From Escherichia coli (GTDB taxonomy: Bacteria; Pseudomonadota; Gammaproteobacteria; Enterobacterales; Enterobacteriaceae), in the NCBI RefSeq assembly GCF_013315695.1, contig NZ_CP054353.1: 64,000 nucleotides of DNA, one strand, 5' to 3'. The notes under the pieces are model-generated. The model made no database searches, was not told where the DNA came from, and saw nothing but the letters and a program-made list of their open reading frames with translations. Positions 9,165-16,753 of this stretch are shown piece after piece. Position 1 is the first letter of the stretch, and each line of letters starts with the position of its first letter. The translations under genes were made by a program, and so were the position numbers.

Positions 9165-9241
9165 TGGACCGCCTTCGGGGACCCGAACTCCGCGCAACCA
9201 GCTTCGAAAGCTGGCGCTCTTTCCTGATGAGCTAATGGCGG
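9165..9241 (-). tRNA. tRNA-like gene, Arg-type (anticodon UCG by manual fold), possibly degenerate
   Basis: D-arm TAGCTCATCAGGAAAGAGC, anticodon stem CCAGC/GCTGG with loop TTTCGAA, CCA encoded; one mismatch in the acceptor stem and one in the T stem; T-loop TTCGGGT is non-consensus. Confidence 0.5.
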
Positions 9242-9248
9242 TATGTGA

Positions 9249-9324
9249 TGGTGGCCCTTGCTGGATTTGAACCAGCGACCTGGCGATTATGAGTCGCTCG
9301 CTCTCACCACTGAGCTAAAGGGCC
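9249..9324 (-). tRNA. tRNA with CAU anticodon, ileX-like (tRNA-Ile2/lysidine type; could be Met)
   Basis: Acceptor GGCCCTT/AAGGGCC perfect, anticodon loop CTCATAA, T-arm GCTGG-TTCAAAT-CCAGC, discriminator A, CCA encoded; closely resembles E. coli ileX from memory. Confidence 0.8.
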
Positions 9325-9373
9325 GGGAGCAGAATAATAATGGTGCGTAATTAATTCTGCAATCTCATCCGTT

Positions 9374-10423
9374 TCAAACGATTAAATCCTGAACTTCCCT
9401 GACTGTCTGCTCAAAACGTCCGGTCTCCAGTTCAACGCCAATCGCACGACGCCCAAGCGCCAGTGCCGCTTTTACCGTTGAACCTGAGCCCATAAAAAAA
9501 TCTGCAACCAGGTCACCCGGACGACTGCTTGCGCTGATTATCTGCTGCAGCATTTCTGCCGGTTTTTCGCACGGATGTTTCCCGGGATAGAACTGCACCG
9601 GTTTATGTGTCCACACATCCGTGTACGGCACCTGCGCCGTCACACCAAAATACCGCCGCAGATGCTTATATTCACTCTGCAGCTCCACATACTGCCGGTT
9701 CAGTGACGTATACGTATCCACCAGCTGGTGGTGGGGCTTTTCCAGTTCACCGCGCTGATGTTTCTCTTCTGCCACCCGGGCAAACAGCGACTGTAATTTC
9801 AGATAATCGCTTTCGTTCGGTAGCTGCCACTGACTGGCACTGAACCAGTGCGACACCATGTTTTTCTTTCCTGTGGCATCTGCAATCTGTTTTGCCGTTA
9901 TCCCCAGGGCAGCGCGCGCATCACGAAAGTAAGAAATCAGCGGGGCCATCACATGCTGTTTCAGTGCACTGCCCTTCGCCGCATACCCGGCATCTTTCGG
10001 ACGATACGGCCCCTGATAATGTTCCGCGAACAGAATGCGCTCTGTGGCGGGGAAATACGCCCGCAGGCTTTCCTTGTTGCATCCGTTCCAGCGTCCGGAC
10101 GGCTTCGCCCAGATAATATGGTTCAGCACACTGAAGCGTTCACGCATCATGATTTCGATATCAGATGCCAGGCGATGACCACAGAACAGGTAAAGACTTC
10201 CGACAGGTTTCAGCACCCGCCAGAACTGCGCCAGACACTGGTCCAGCCACTTCAGGTAATCATCGTCGCCCTTCCACTGGTTATCCCAGCCCTCAGGCTT
10301 CACTTTAAAGTACGGCGGGTCCGTGACTATCAGGTCAACAGAATTTTCGGGTAACGACCGGATAAATTCCAGGCAGTCGGCGTTGATTAACTCACAACTG
10401 GATATTTTTACAGTATTAAGCAT
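9374..10423 (-). CDS. orphan DNA methyltransferase (beta-class N6-adenine/N4-cytosine type)
   Basis: 349-aa product with catalytic DPPY motif near the N-terminus (LIVTDPPYF) and AdoMet motif FFMGSGST near the C-terminus; no adjacent restriction endonuclease gene. Confidence 0.8.
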   Translation of the reverse strand: MLNTVKISSCELINADCLEFIRSLPENSVDLIVTDPPYFKVKPEGWDNQWKGDDDYLKWLDQCLAQFWRVLKPVGSLYLFCGHRLASDIEIMMRERFSVLNHIIWAKPSGRWNGCNKESLRAYFPATERILFAEHYQGPYRPKDAGYAAKGSALKQHVMAPLISYFRDARAALGITAKQIADATGKKNMVSHWFSASQWQLPNESDYLKLQSLFARVAEEKHQRGELEKPHHQLVDTYTSLNRQYVELQSEYKHLRRYFGVTAQVPYTDVWTHKPVQFYPGKHPCEKPAEMLQQIISASSRPGDLVADFFMGSGSTVKAALALGRRAIGVELETGRFEQTVREVQDLIV

Positions 10424-10561
10424 GGATCATTAAGCCTGTCTCTGATAGGCTCATTCTGCTTTTGCGCAAAGCAGTGGGCCTGAGGTTTGCTTGTGAACCC
10501 AACGCATGAGCAGATGGCTGGTGGGTGCCCCTAACACCCACCAGCCGCCCATTTACCACAA

Positions 10562-10587
10562 ATAAAAAAGCCTTCAGGACTGAAGGC
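10562..10587 (-). terminator. intrinsic terminator after the 65-aa ORF
   Basis: Minus-strand hairpin GCCTTCAG-TC-CTGAAGGC followed by TTTTTTATTT; stem overlaps the last codons of the upstream ORF. Confidence 0.55.
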
Positions 10588-10771
10588 GTCTGTAACAACC
10601 GAACTGATAGTCTGCCAGACCCGCCATAACCAGCTGGGTCAGTATTAACTGGCAGCGTTCGCGTGAAAGGTAAGTATTCTGCGCTATCTCCCCGACTGTC
10701 GCCGGTTCGGTAACGCTTAATTCATTAAACACCACTCTGGCGGTTTCTGTCATATCCTGCTGTTTTAGCAT
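10574..10771 (-). CDS. small winged-helix-like protein (65 aa)
   Basis: ATG at 10771 preceded by AAGGAAAAAG; product MLKQQDMTETARVVFNELSVTEPATVGEIAQNTYLSRERCQLILTQLVMAGLADY...; ORF-track ORF extends to 10858. Confidence 0.45.
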   Translation of the reverse strand: MLKQQDMTETARVVFNELSVTEPATVGEIAQNTYLSRERCQLILTQLVMAGLADYQFGCYRRLQS

Positions 10772-10902
10772 GTCTTTTTCCTTTTTCCGGTTAACGTGAC
10801 ATACCAATAACTCTTGTCGAAAAAGCCAGCAAGCTGAAAGACCCGTATTCGCAACCACCAGCGTGTTTACTGTACTGACGCGATTTTGGGCATAAAAAAA
10901 AA

Positions 10903-10925
10903 CCGCCTGACGGCAGTTTTTTTTC
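10903..10925 (-). terminator. bidirectional intrinsic terminator just downstream of Q (tR'-like)
   Basis: Short GC hairpin CUGCC-GUCA-GGCGG flanked by A8 and T9 runs. Confidence 0.5.
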
Positions 10926-10929
10926 TTAC

Positions 10930-10985
10930 TTTGCCATCGCGTACAAAATCGGCAAAATATCAGATTTATATGAAACGTACGCTAT
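10930..10985 (-). promoter_or_regulatory. candidate late promoter PR' region
   Basis: Minus-strand TATAAA hexamer about 20 nt after the Q stop with weak TCAATT 17 nt upstream; position analogous to lambda PR'; not verified. Confidence 0.25.
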
Positions 10986-11675
10986 TTAATTGACTTTTGC
11001 AATATCTCGTCGTGAAAAAGTCGCTTTTTGTTGCGCTCTTATTTTCACGGTGCAAATCACAGATTCTCTATCGAGACTCTTAAAAATATCGCACATCTCA
11101 CGCCAGTAGTTCGCATAATTATGGCTCCAGTTATCAGGCTTAACTCCACACAGTCTGGCAAGCTCCTGTCTCTGGTAGACCTCACACCCGGTAATCCATC
11201 CTCTGACATCCTGTGCCGCCAGCCAGATCAACTTCTTCACGCGCTCCTGCGTTTTCCCTGCAATTTTTCTGGTGCCGTACCGGGTTTTAAATTCATTCCA
11301 CACCCACTGCGTTATCGCGATCTGATATTCCCAACAAATACTCCCGCTGTAACACCACAACAACCAGGCTTTATGATGTTCTTCAAGAGACAGAACAGCC
11401 CGCCGCCACGATGATGTCGAAAACTCAACCGGACTGACGAGAGGAATTGACACCCCCTTCGCCAGCGATTGCTTTCCCGGGATTGGTGGATTATCCCGCG
11501 TTATCATTTTTCCAGTCACTTCATCGCGGTACCGGATTTTTTTACGCCTGTAACGCCCTGTATCAAACATGGCATTCTCCTGCCAGGCCTCAAGCTGCCC
11601 TTTTGTTGATCCACTCAAATCGGCGGTGGCAATCATGAGTTGCTCACGAACAAACTGTAAATACTGGTTATTCAT
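10986..11675 (-). CDS. putative late-gene antiterminator Q
   Basis: 229-aa ORF in the canonical position (after rusA, before the terminator-rich late operon); Cys-rich central region; the family assignment is by position and my recall only. Confidence 0.55.
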   Translation of the reverse strand: MNNQYLQFVREQLMIATADLSGSTKGQLEAWQENAMFDTGRYRRKKIRYRDEVTGKMITRDNPPIPGKQSLAKGVSIPLVSPVEFSTSSWRRAVLSLEEHHKAWLLWCYSGSICWEYQIAITQWVWNEFKTRYGTRKIAGKTQERVKKLIWLAAQDVRGWITGCEVYQRQELARLCGVKPDNWSHNYANYWREMCDIFKSLDRESVICTVKIRAQQKATFSRRDIAKVN

Positions 11676-12037
11676 GCGTACTCCAGTTCTGTGATTTTTA
11701 TCCCCAACCGCCCACCAGGAACAAGCTGACCGCGCACAATATTAATTTCATCAAACTGCTCGTCGTCTATGAGCAGCCCCGCATGCGTCAGTACATCCAG
11801 TGGTGCCTTCAGGATATTGTCCAGGTCACGACGGCGCTTATCCGGTGGCTCTGCAATAATTTCTATTGCCGGCCTTCCGGACAGGTTTAATTTCAGTTGC
11901 TGCTGGCGAACAATAAGCGCCACATCACGGCGATAACGCTCACCGACTTTTGATACAAAATATGTGCTGCCACGACGTCGCCAGTAAGTGTTCACCGTTG
12001 GCGGGTAAGGCAAAACAAATTCTATGCGTTCAGTCAT
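11672..12037 (-). CDS. rusA: RusA-type Holliday junction resolvase
   Basis: 121-aa product MTERIEFVLPYPPTVNTYWRRRG...DKRRRDLDNILKAPLDVLTHAGLLIDDEQ... matches the RusA pattern. Confidence 0.8.
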   Translation of the reverse strand: MTERIEFVLPYPPTVNTYWRRRGSTYFVSKVGERYRRDVALIVRQQQLKLNLSGRPAIEIIAEPPDKRRRDLDNILKAPLDVLTHAGLLIDDEQFDEINIVRGQLVPGGRLGIKITELEYA

Positions 12038-13093
12038 TTATGCTTTCCACTTCAGAACACCCGAATTTCTCGCGTGCATTAAAAAACGAATCAGCAACAA
12101 CAGCTGGCTGCCGTGTTTTTCTTCAAAATCTTTTACCCCGGCGTGTAGTTCGCTATGGCATTTACGGCACAGCGGAATAACAAACAAATCATCAGCCTTT
12201 GTTCCCATCCCTCCCAGTCCATGACCAATGATGTGATGCGGATCATCTGCCTGATTGCCACACGTCATGCATTTCTGCGTTTTTACCCAACGCGTGTATA
12301 CAGGCATCTCTTCCCGTTGTGATTTCTGGCGCTGGAGATACTGAGCCGGTGACTCCGGATCAACGGCAATGCTGACCACCGTCTTTTCCTGTGGCGGGTT
12401 TTGCTGGTGGGCGTGAGGCAGCGGCGCAAGATTTTTTGTGCGCTGCTTCAGTATGCTGGTGGCGGTCTGCTCTCCCGGTACGATGTCGCTTTCACGGTAC
12501 ATTGAGCGGATTTTTTCCGCACGCAACCCCAGCGAACGACGTAATACCGCTTCCGGTAGCGCGTCCGCCACCTGATTGCGGACCGCCCACCAGGATAATT
12601 CAGCCAGCGATAATTCCCGTTCCTGCGAGCCATTCATTGCATGGCGTATGACGTCAATCATCCATGCAGACAGGTTTTGGTGAGCAAGTTGCCCGAGTGA
12701 TTCGGAGGTCTGGTCGCGCAGCTGGTTGTCGCAGTGCCAGCACAACACCATTGCGCCGGTACCATAACGGTGAATGACGGTTTCACTGTGGTGATAATCG
12801 CCGTGTGGCCACTGGCAGGATTTAACATGGCGCAGTAACCAGTCAGACAATGCGCCAGCGCCACCAGCAGCACGAATCACTCGTTCGTCGCTGAAAAATG
12901 GCAGTAATGATTTATCCTCCGCCAGCGGCTGGCGAACGGCAGGAACGACCCCGGACGGCAGATTACGCATGCTTTTCGGTTCCGGCTCCACCAGTACCCG
13001 GGTATTGTGGAATACCGGCATGGATTCACGGCCCGGCTTAACGATCACCAGCCCGAGTTCCGGTACCAGAACAGGTCGAAGTAATACCCGCAC
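12038..13093 (-). CDS. DUF968-type phage protein (YdfU-like) with C-terminal HNH/zinc-finger-like motif
   Basis: 351-aa product; C-terminal CMTCGNQADDPHHIIGHG...CRKCHSELH motif. Confidence 0.6.
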   Translation of the reverse strand: MRVLLRPVLVPELGLVIVKPGRESMPVFHNTRVLVEPEPKSMRNLPSGVVPAVRQPLAEDKSLLPFFSDERVIRAAGGAGALSDWLLRHVKSCQWPHGDYHHSETVIHRYGTGAMVLCWHCDNQLRDQTSESLGQLAHQNLSAWMIDVIRHAMNGSQERELSLAELSWWAVRNQVADALPEAVLRRSLGLRAEKIRSMYRESDIVPGEQTATSILKQRTKNLAPLPHAHQQNPPQEKTVVSIAVDPESPAQYLQRQKSQREEMPVYTRWVKTQKCMTCGNQADDPHHIIGHGLGGMGTKADDLFVIPLCRKCHSELHAGVKDFEEKHGSQLLLLIRFLMHARNSGVLKWKA

Positions 13094-13094
13094 G

Positions 13095-13367
13095 TTACCT
13101 CCAGATGCGTTGCTGGAATGTGCGGGACGGACGCGGTGGGCGTTCAGAGTAAGGAAGCCTGACGGAGATTATCCAGTGACGATAATCGAGGCTGAGGGCT
13201 TTCTTAATCTCGTATCCGCGTCTGCGGTAGTTATGAATTAGCCATTCGGCCTGTTCTTCAGTACATGGTGGGTGTTGGTACCAGTCGGTTTTAAATGCGT
13301 GTGAACGCCGCCCATGCCGGATGGCAAGGTCGGTATCAGAATTGTGAAATTTGGTTTTGTGCGCCAT
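13095..13367 (-). CDS. hypothetical phage protein (90 aa), position of Qin rem
   Basis: ORF between hok and the DUF968 gene; no recognised domain. Confidence 0.4.
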   Translation of the reverse strand: MAHKTKFHNSDTDLAIRHGRRSHAFKTDWYQHPPCTEEQAEWLIHNYRRRGYEIKKALSLDYRHWIISVRLPYSERPPRPSRTFQQRIWR

Positions 13368-13432
13368 CTGTTTTCTCTGCTGGCGCAGCAGGTGTCAGGT
13401 GTTCAGGCTGACGTGCGAATTGTAAACCAGAA

Positions 13433-13466
13433 TGCCAGAAAAAAACAAAACCCGCCGAAGCGGGTT
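13433..13466 (-). terminator. intrinsic terminator downstream of hok
   Basis: Minus-strand hairpin AACCCGC-UUCG-GCGGGUU followed by a U-rich tract. Confidence 0.6.
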
Positions 13467-13534
13467 AAGTGCGGGTGCGTTGAGGATGCCTGACACATCA
13501 GAGGTGGCGAGGGATTTCTCCCCCGCCAGGTCTC

Positions 13535-13690
13535 TTACTCCTCAGGTTCGTAAGCTGTGAAGACAGCGACCTCCGTCTGGCCGGTTCGGAGTCGTACCTC
13601 GCAGAGGTCTTTCCTCGTTACCAGTGCCGTCACTATGACGGTTAAACAGATGACGATCAGGGCGATTAACATCGCCTTTTGCTGCTTCAT
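13535..13690 (-). CDS. hok: Hok/Gef-family type I toxin (HokD-like)
   Basis: 51-aa product MKQQKAMLIALIVICLTVIVTALVTRKDLCEVRLRTGQTEVAVFTAYEPEE; the ORF-track ORF carries a 19-codon in-frame upstream extension. Confidence 0.85.
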   Translation of the reverse strand: MKQQKAMLIALIVICLTVIVTALVTRKDLCEVRLRTGQTEVAVFTAYEPEE

Positions 13691-13927
13691 AGCCTGCTTC
13701 CCCTTGCCTTTCGGCACGTAAGAGGCTAACCTACATTTGTGAGACATAGATTGGGCCTCAGATTAATGTTAAGCGTCTTGCAGGACGCGAAATGTTAACT
13801 GGGGCTTTTCTCTATCTGCCTTTCAGTGTTCATGCCTGAGACAGATAGCCTCAAGCACCCGCAGCCATTCTACTTAACTCACGTCACCTCGCCAATATGA
13901 AATCAATCAGAAAGGTGATCCATAAAA

Positions 13928-14614
13928 TCACTCCTTCTCTTCTTTTCCGTAGTGGAGTTGGCCAATTTTGATAAGAGGGCGTCCCTGAGATTTGCGGTGT
14001 AGATTGGTATCGCGCAGAGAATACACACAGCCACAATATTCCTGCTGATAGAATTTTTCGCGCTTGCTGATTTCAATCATACGGGACGAGCCGCCCTGCT
14101 TGCGCCAGTTATAATCCCAGTACACCATACCCGGATAATGCGCAACAGCTCGCCGCCCACACTCGTTAACCTGCTGCATATTTTTCCAGCGTGAAATGCC
14201 CAGTGAACTGCTGATCACACTGAAACCATTTTCAGCAGCGTACAACGCTGTCCGCTCAAAACGCATGTCAAAACACATGGTACAACGGATCCCCCTCTCA
14301 GGCTCCCATTCCATTCCTTTGGCACGTTCAAACCAGTTGTCGGTGTCGTAATCAGCATCGATAAACGGCACGCCGTGTTGTTCAGCAAAGCGAATATTTT
14401 CATCCTTACGAATTAAATACTCTTTCTGAGGATGAATGTTCGGGTTGTAGAAAAAGATGGTGTAGTCGATTCCCGAGGCCTGAAGCGCCTCCATCACTTC
14501 ACCGGAACATGGAGCACAGCAAGAGTGCAGTAGTAGTTTGTTTGCCCCGTTTGGGAGCTCCAATTTAGGCCGTTTGAAATCAGCAATAGTCATAAATATT
14601 TTTATTGGGGTCAT
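13928..14614 (-). CDS. QueH-like (DUF208) epoxyqueuosine reductase homologue
   Basis: 228-aa product with N-terminal [11 protein letters not shown] motif and further Cys motifs (CTMCF, YCGCVY) characteristic of the QueH/DUF208 family; true start may be the Met 7 codons downstream. Confidence 0.6.
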   Translation of the reverse strand: MTPIKIFMTIADFKRPKLELPNGANKLLLHSCCAPCSGEVMEALQASGIDYTIFFYNPNIHPQKEYLIRKDENIRFAEQHGVPFIDADYDTDNWFERAKGMEWEPERGIRCTMCFDMRFERTALYAAENGFSVISSSLGISRWKNMQQVNECGRRAVAHYPGMVYWDYNWRKQGGSSRMIEISKREKFYQQEYCGCVYSLRDTNLHRKSQGRPLIKIGQLHYGKEEKE

Positions 14615-14767
14615 GAAAATAGCACAGAGTGTAGCATCAGAGCAGGTCTATCGGGAATATATGTCTAAATCTGGTAATATCTGGTTTTGACGCAAAGCGG
14701 ACAACCACGCTGGCTCTACCCTGCGCCATGAAAATGTCAATTCACATCTGAACTAATGCTCTTTAAT

Positions 14768-15208
14768 CTAGTAACGTCTAAAATACCTAACATTTCCTTG
14801 ATAAAATGCCAGTACACGCTGCATAGCTTCGCTCTTCCGGCACTCGCGACAGATTATATTCAGGCGCCTGTCGTAGCGGCGTATTTCGCCGTCTGGTAAC
14901 GACCAGATAAGGTCCGGATCAACCACTGCAGGTTTCTTCACCTTTGCCCTTGAGAGTTTTTTGCGAGCATTTTGCCAGTCCTTACGCGCCTGTTCAGACG
15001 GGAATAACCCGTAACCAGAGTTGTATACATCGCCACTGGCAACCAGCTCTCTGGCGAGAACACTCATCAGATATCTTGTCGCACCTGTCCTGGCTTCCAG
15101 TTGCCGCAACGTCTCGCGACCGCTCAGACGTACAAGTTCAACAACCTGCCCTTTAATTTTTTCCCGCTCTTCTTGTGTAAATACTTTTGCCATAAGCGCC
15201 TCCGGCAA
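14768..15208 (-). CDS. hypothetical phage protein (146 aa)
   Basis: ORF in the nin-like region; C-terminal CRECRK motif; no confident domain call. Confidence 0.5.
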   Translation of the reverse strand: MPEALMAKVFTQEEREKIKGQVVELVRLSGRETLRQLEARTGATRYLMSVLARELVASGDVYNSGYGLFPSEQARKDWQNARKKLSRAKVKKPAVVDPDLIWSLPDGEIRRYDRRLNIICRECRKSEAMQRVLAFYQGNVRYFRRY

Positions 15209-15979
15209 TCACTTTTCCGATACAACACGGCGGGAAGAATCAGTAATCTGTCGAACAATATCCCGGTGCTTGTTCAGCTCCCGCAGCGCGGCGCAGACTC
15301 GCTCCCACTTCTGAACATCACTTTTCGCCCTGCGCAGCGCCAGGTTTGCCCTGCGAAGGGACGGAAAAATCAGCTCATCTGCTTGCGTTTCGGTAAACGA
15401 TGGCAACGGCTGCACAATGTCCGCCACAGTTTCTGTTTTAATTTCTTCCTGTGTTGCGGCTTCCCGGACTGGTAACGCAGCACCTGCTGGCTGAGGAAAG
15501 GCCTTACCATCACTTTCCGTTACCAGCGCGGCTTTCGGCTCTGCTGGTAAATTATCGCCCGGCATGCAGTAACGAAATTTACCGTTCTGATTAACGCGTG
15601 CCAGCCGCCCCGTTGCGGTTACCACCGCCAGCGTGGAAGCAACCTTGCGAGTACTGACACCGAACTTACCCGCCAGTTCCTCACACGTTTTAGCCCCATC
15701 CTGACCGATAAACTCAATCATCATGTCTGCGGTAACTTTTTGTTCGACCTCCCCGGTCAGCATATCCTGTGCTTCAGATTTTACTGGCCGCTCTTCGGTT
15801 ACCCGGGATTCACCTTCGCCAGCCAGAAACCAGGTGTGACCAGTTTTATCAACGACGCCTTTTCTTTTGAGTTCCCACAGCTCGTTGACAGCCTCTTCAC
15901 GACTGATTCCAAGGCGAGCTGCCACCACATGTGAAGAGGCTTTTTTCAGTGCTTTCAGTGCGTCAGATACGGTTTCCAT
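15209..15979 (-). CDS. hypothetical phage protein (256 aa) with N-terminal winged-helix-like repeats
   Basis: ORF directly downstream of the DnaC-like gene; two similar N-terminal segments (SHVVAARLGISREEAVNELWELKRKG / KTCEELAGKFGVSTRKVASTLAVV). Confidence 0.5.
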   Translation of the reverse strand: METVSDALKALKKASSHVVAARLGISREEAVNELWELKRKGVVDKTGHTWFLAGEGESRVTEERPVKSEAQDMLTGEVEQKVTADMMIEFIGQDGAKTCEELAGKFGVSTRKVASTLAVVTATGRLARVNQNGKFRYCMPGDNLPAEPKAALVTESDGKAFPQPAGAALPVREAATQEEIKTETVADIVQPLPSFTETQADELIFPSLRRANLALRRAKSDVQKWERVCAALRELNKHRDIVRQITDSSRRVVSEK

Positions 15980-16000
15980 TAAAATTTCCTCCGGACAAAA

Positions 16001-16747
16001 TTACTTCACAACCCTCATATTGCTGACATTTGGACGCCAGCTATCCCAGTTAAACGTCACCCATCGACCACCGTTCATGGTCATGCGGTCCATAATCCTC
16101 TCACCAAGAAGCGTACTCATTGCGGCATGATTCAGGTTTGTTAACATCCCGACACTGCACAGTGATGCTGTCCGGCGATCAATTATCTGGTGCAATACCA
16201 CCTGCTCGTTTTTCGTCTCCCGCTGAACGCCTATTTCATCCAGGACCAGCAAATCAACCCCGCAAAGCTCCTGTAAAAATTTTTCCCCGGATTTGCCGTT
16301 GTCGTAGCTGTCATGCAACACGCTCATGACGTCAGACACGGTGACGATAATCACGCTGCGCCCCTTCACCATCAGCCGGTTGCCCATCGCCGCTGCAAGG
16401 TGATTTTTCCCGGTGCCGGTTTTACCGCTGAACACAAAATTCGTGCACCCGGTCATCAGTTCGTCAGCTATGGATTTGGCCTGGCTCAGCGCGTATTTTT
16501 GCCCGTCGTTCTGCACCTGATAATTTGCAAACGAGCATTTGCTGTGCAGAGGCTGGATGCCCGAACGATTCAGGATTTTTTCCACCCGCAACTGGCGATT
16601 CTGGCGGTTAATCTCCTCGCTGCGTTTTCGTCCTTCAGCAAGTTGCCATTCCCGCCACTCCTCCACCGTCCGGTACGGTGGAACCGACCCCTGTGGTGCA
16701 AGTCTGCGAATACGTTCAAGACCCCCAACTGCCGCAATGTTTTTCAT
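16001..16747 (-). CDS. phage replication protein, DnaC-like helicase loader (YdaV-like)
   Basis: 248-aa product with Walker A GKTGTGKNHLAAAMG and Walker B LLVLDEIG. Confidence 0.85.
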   Translation of the reverse strand: MKNIAAVGGLERIRRLAPQGSVPPYRTVEEWREWQLAEGRKRSEEINRQNRQLRVEKILNRSGIQPLHSKCSFANYQVQNDGQKYALSQAKSIADELMTGCTNFVFSGKTGTGKNHLAAAMGNRLMVKGRSVIIVTVSDVMSVLHDSYDNGKSGEKFLQELCGVDLLVLDEIGVQRETKNEQVVLHQIIDRRTASLCSVGMLTNLNHAAMSTLLGERIMDRMTMNGGRWVTFNWDSWRPNVSNMRVVK

Positions 16748-16753
16748 GACACG

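Noticed and set aside
8941-9270. 109-aa plus-strand ORF (and the overlapping minus-strand ORFs 8892-9197 and 8917-9123) across the tRNA cluster
   Set aside because: They overlap three well-folding tRNA genes and the repeat hairpins, with no independent coding signal; the only notable part is the conserved repeat block GGGGGATTCACCATG that supplies the ATG.
13928-14614. QueH-like gene as part of a 7-deazaguanine DNA-modification cluster
   Set aside because: No tgt/dpdA, queC, queD, queE or folE homologues in the prophage, so it is treated as a stand-alone cargo gene of unknown target.
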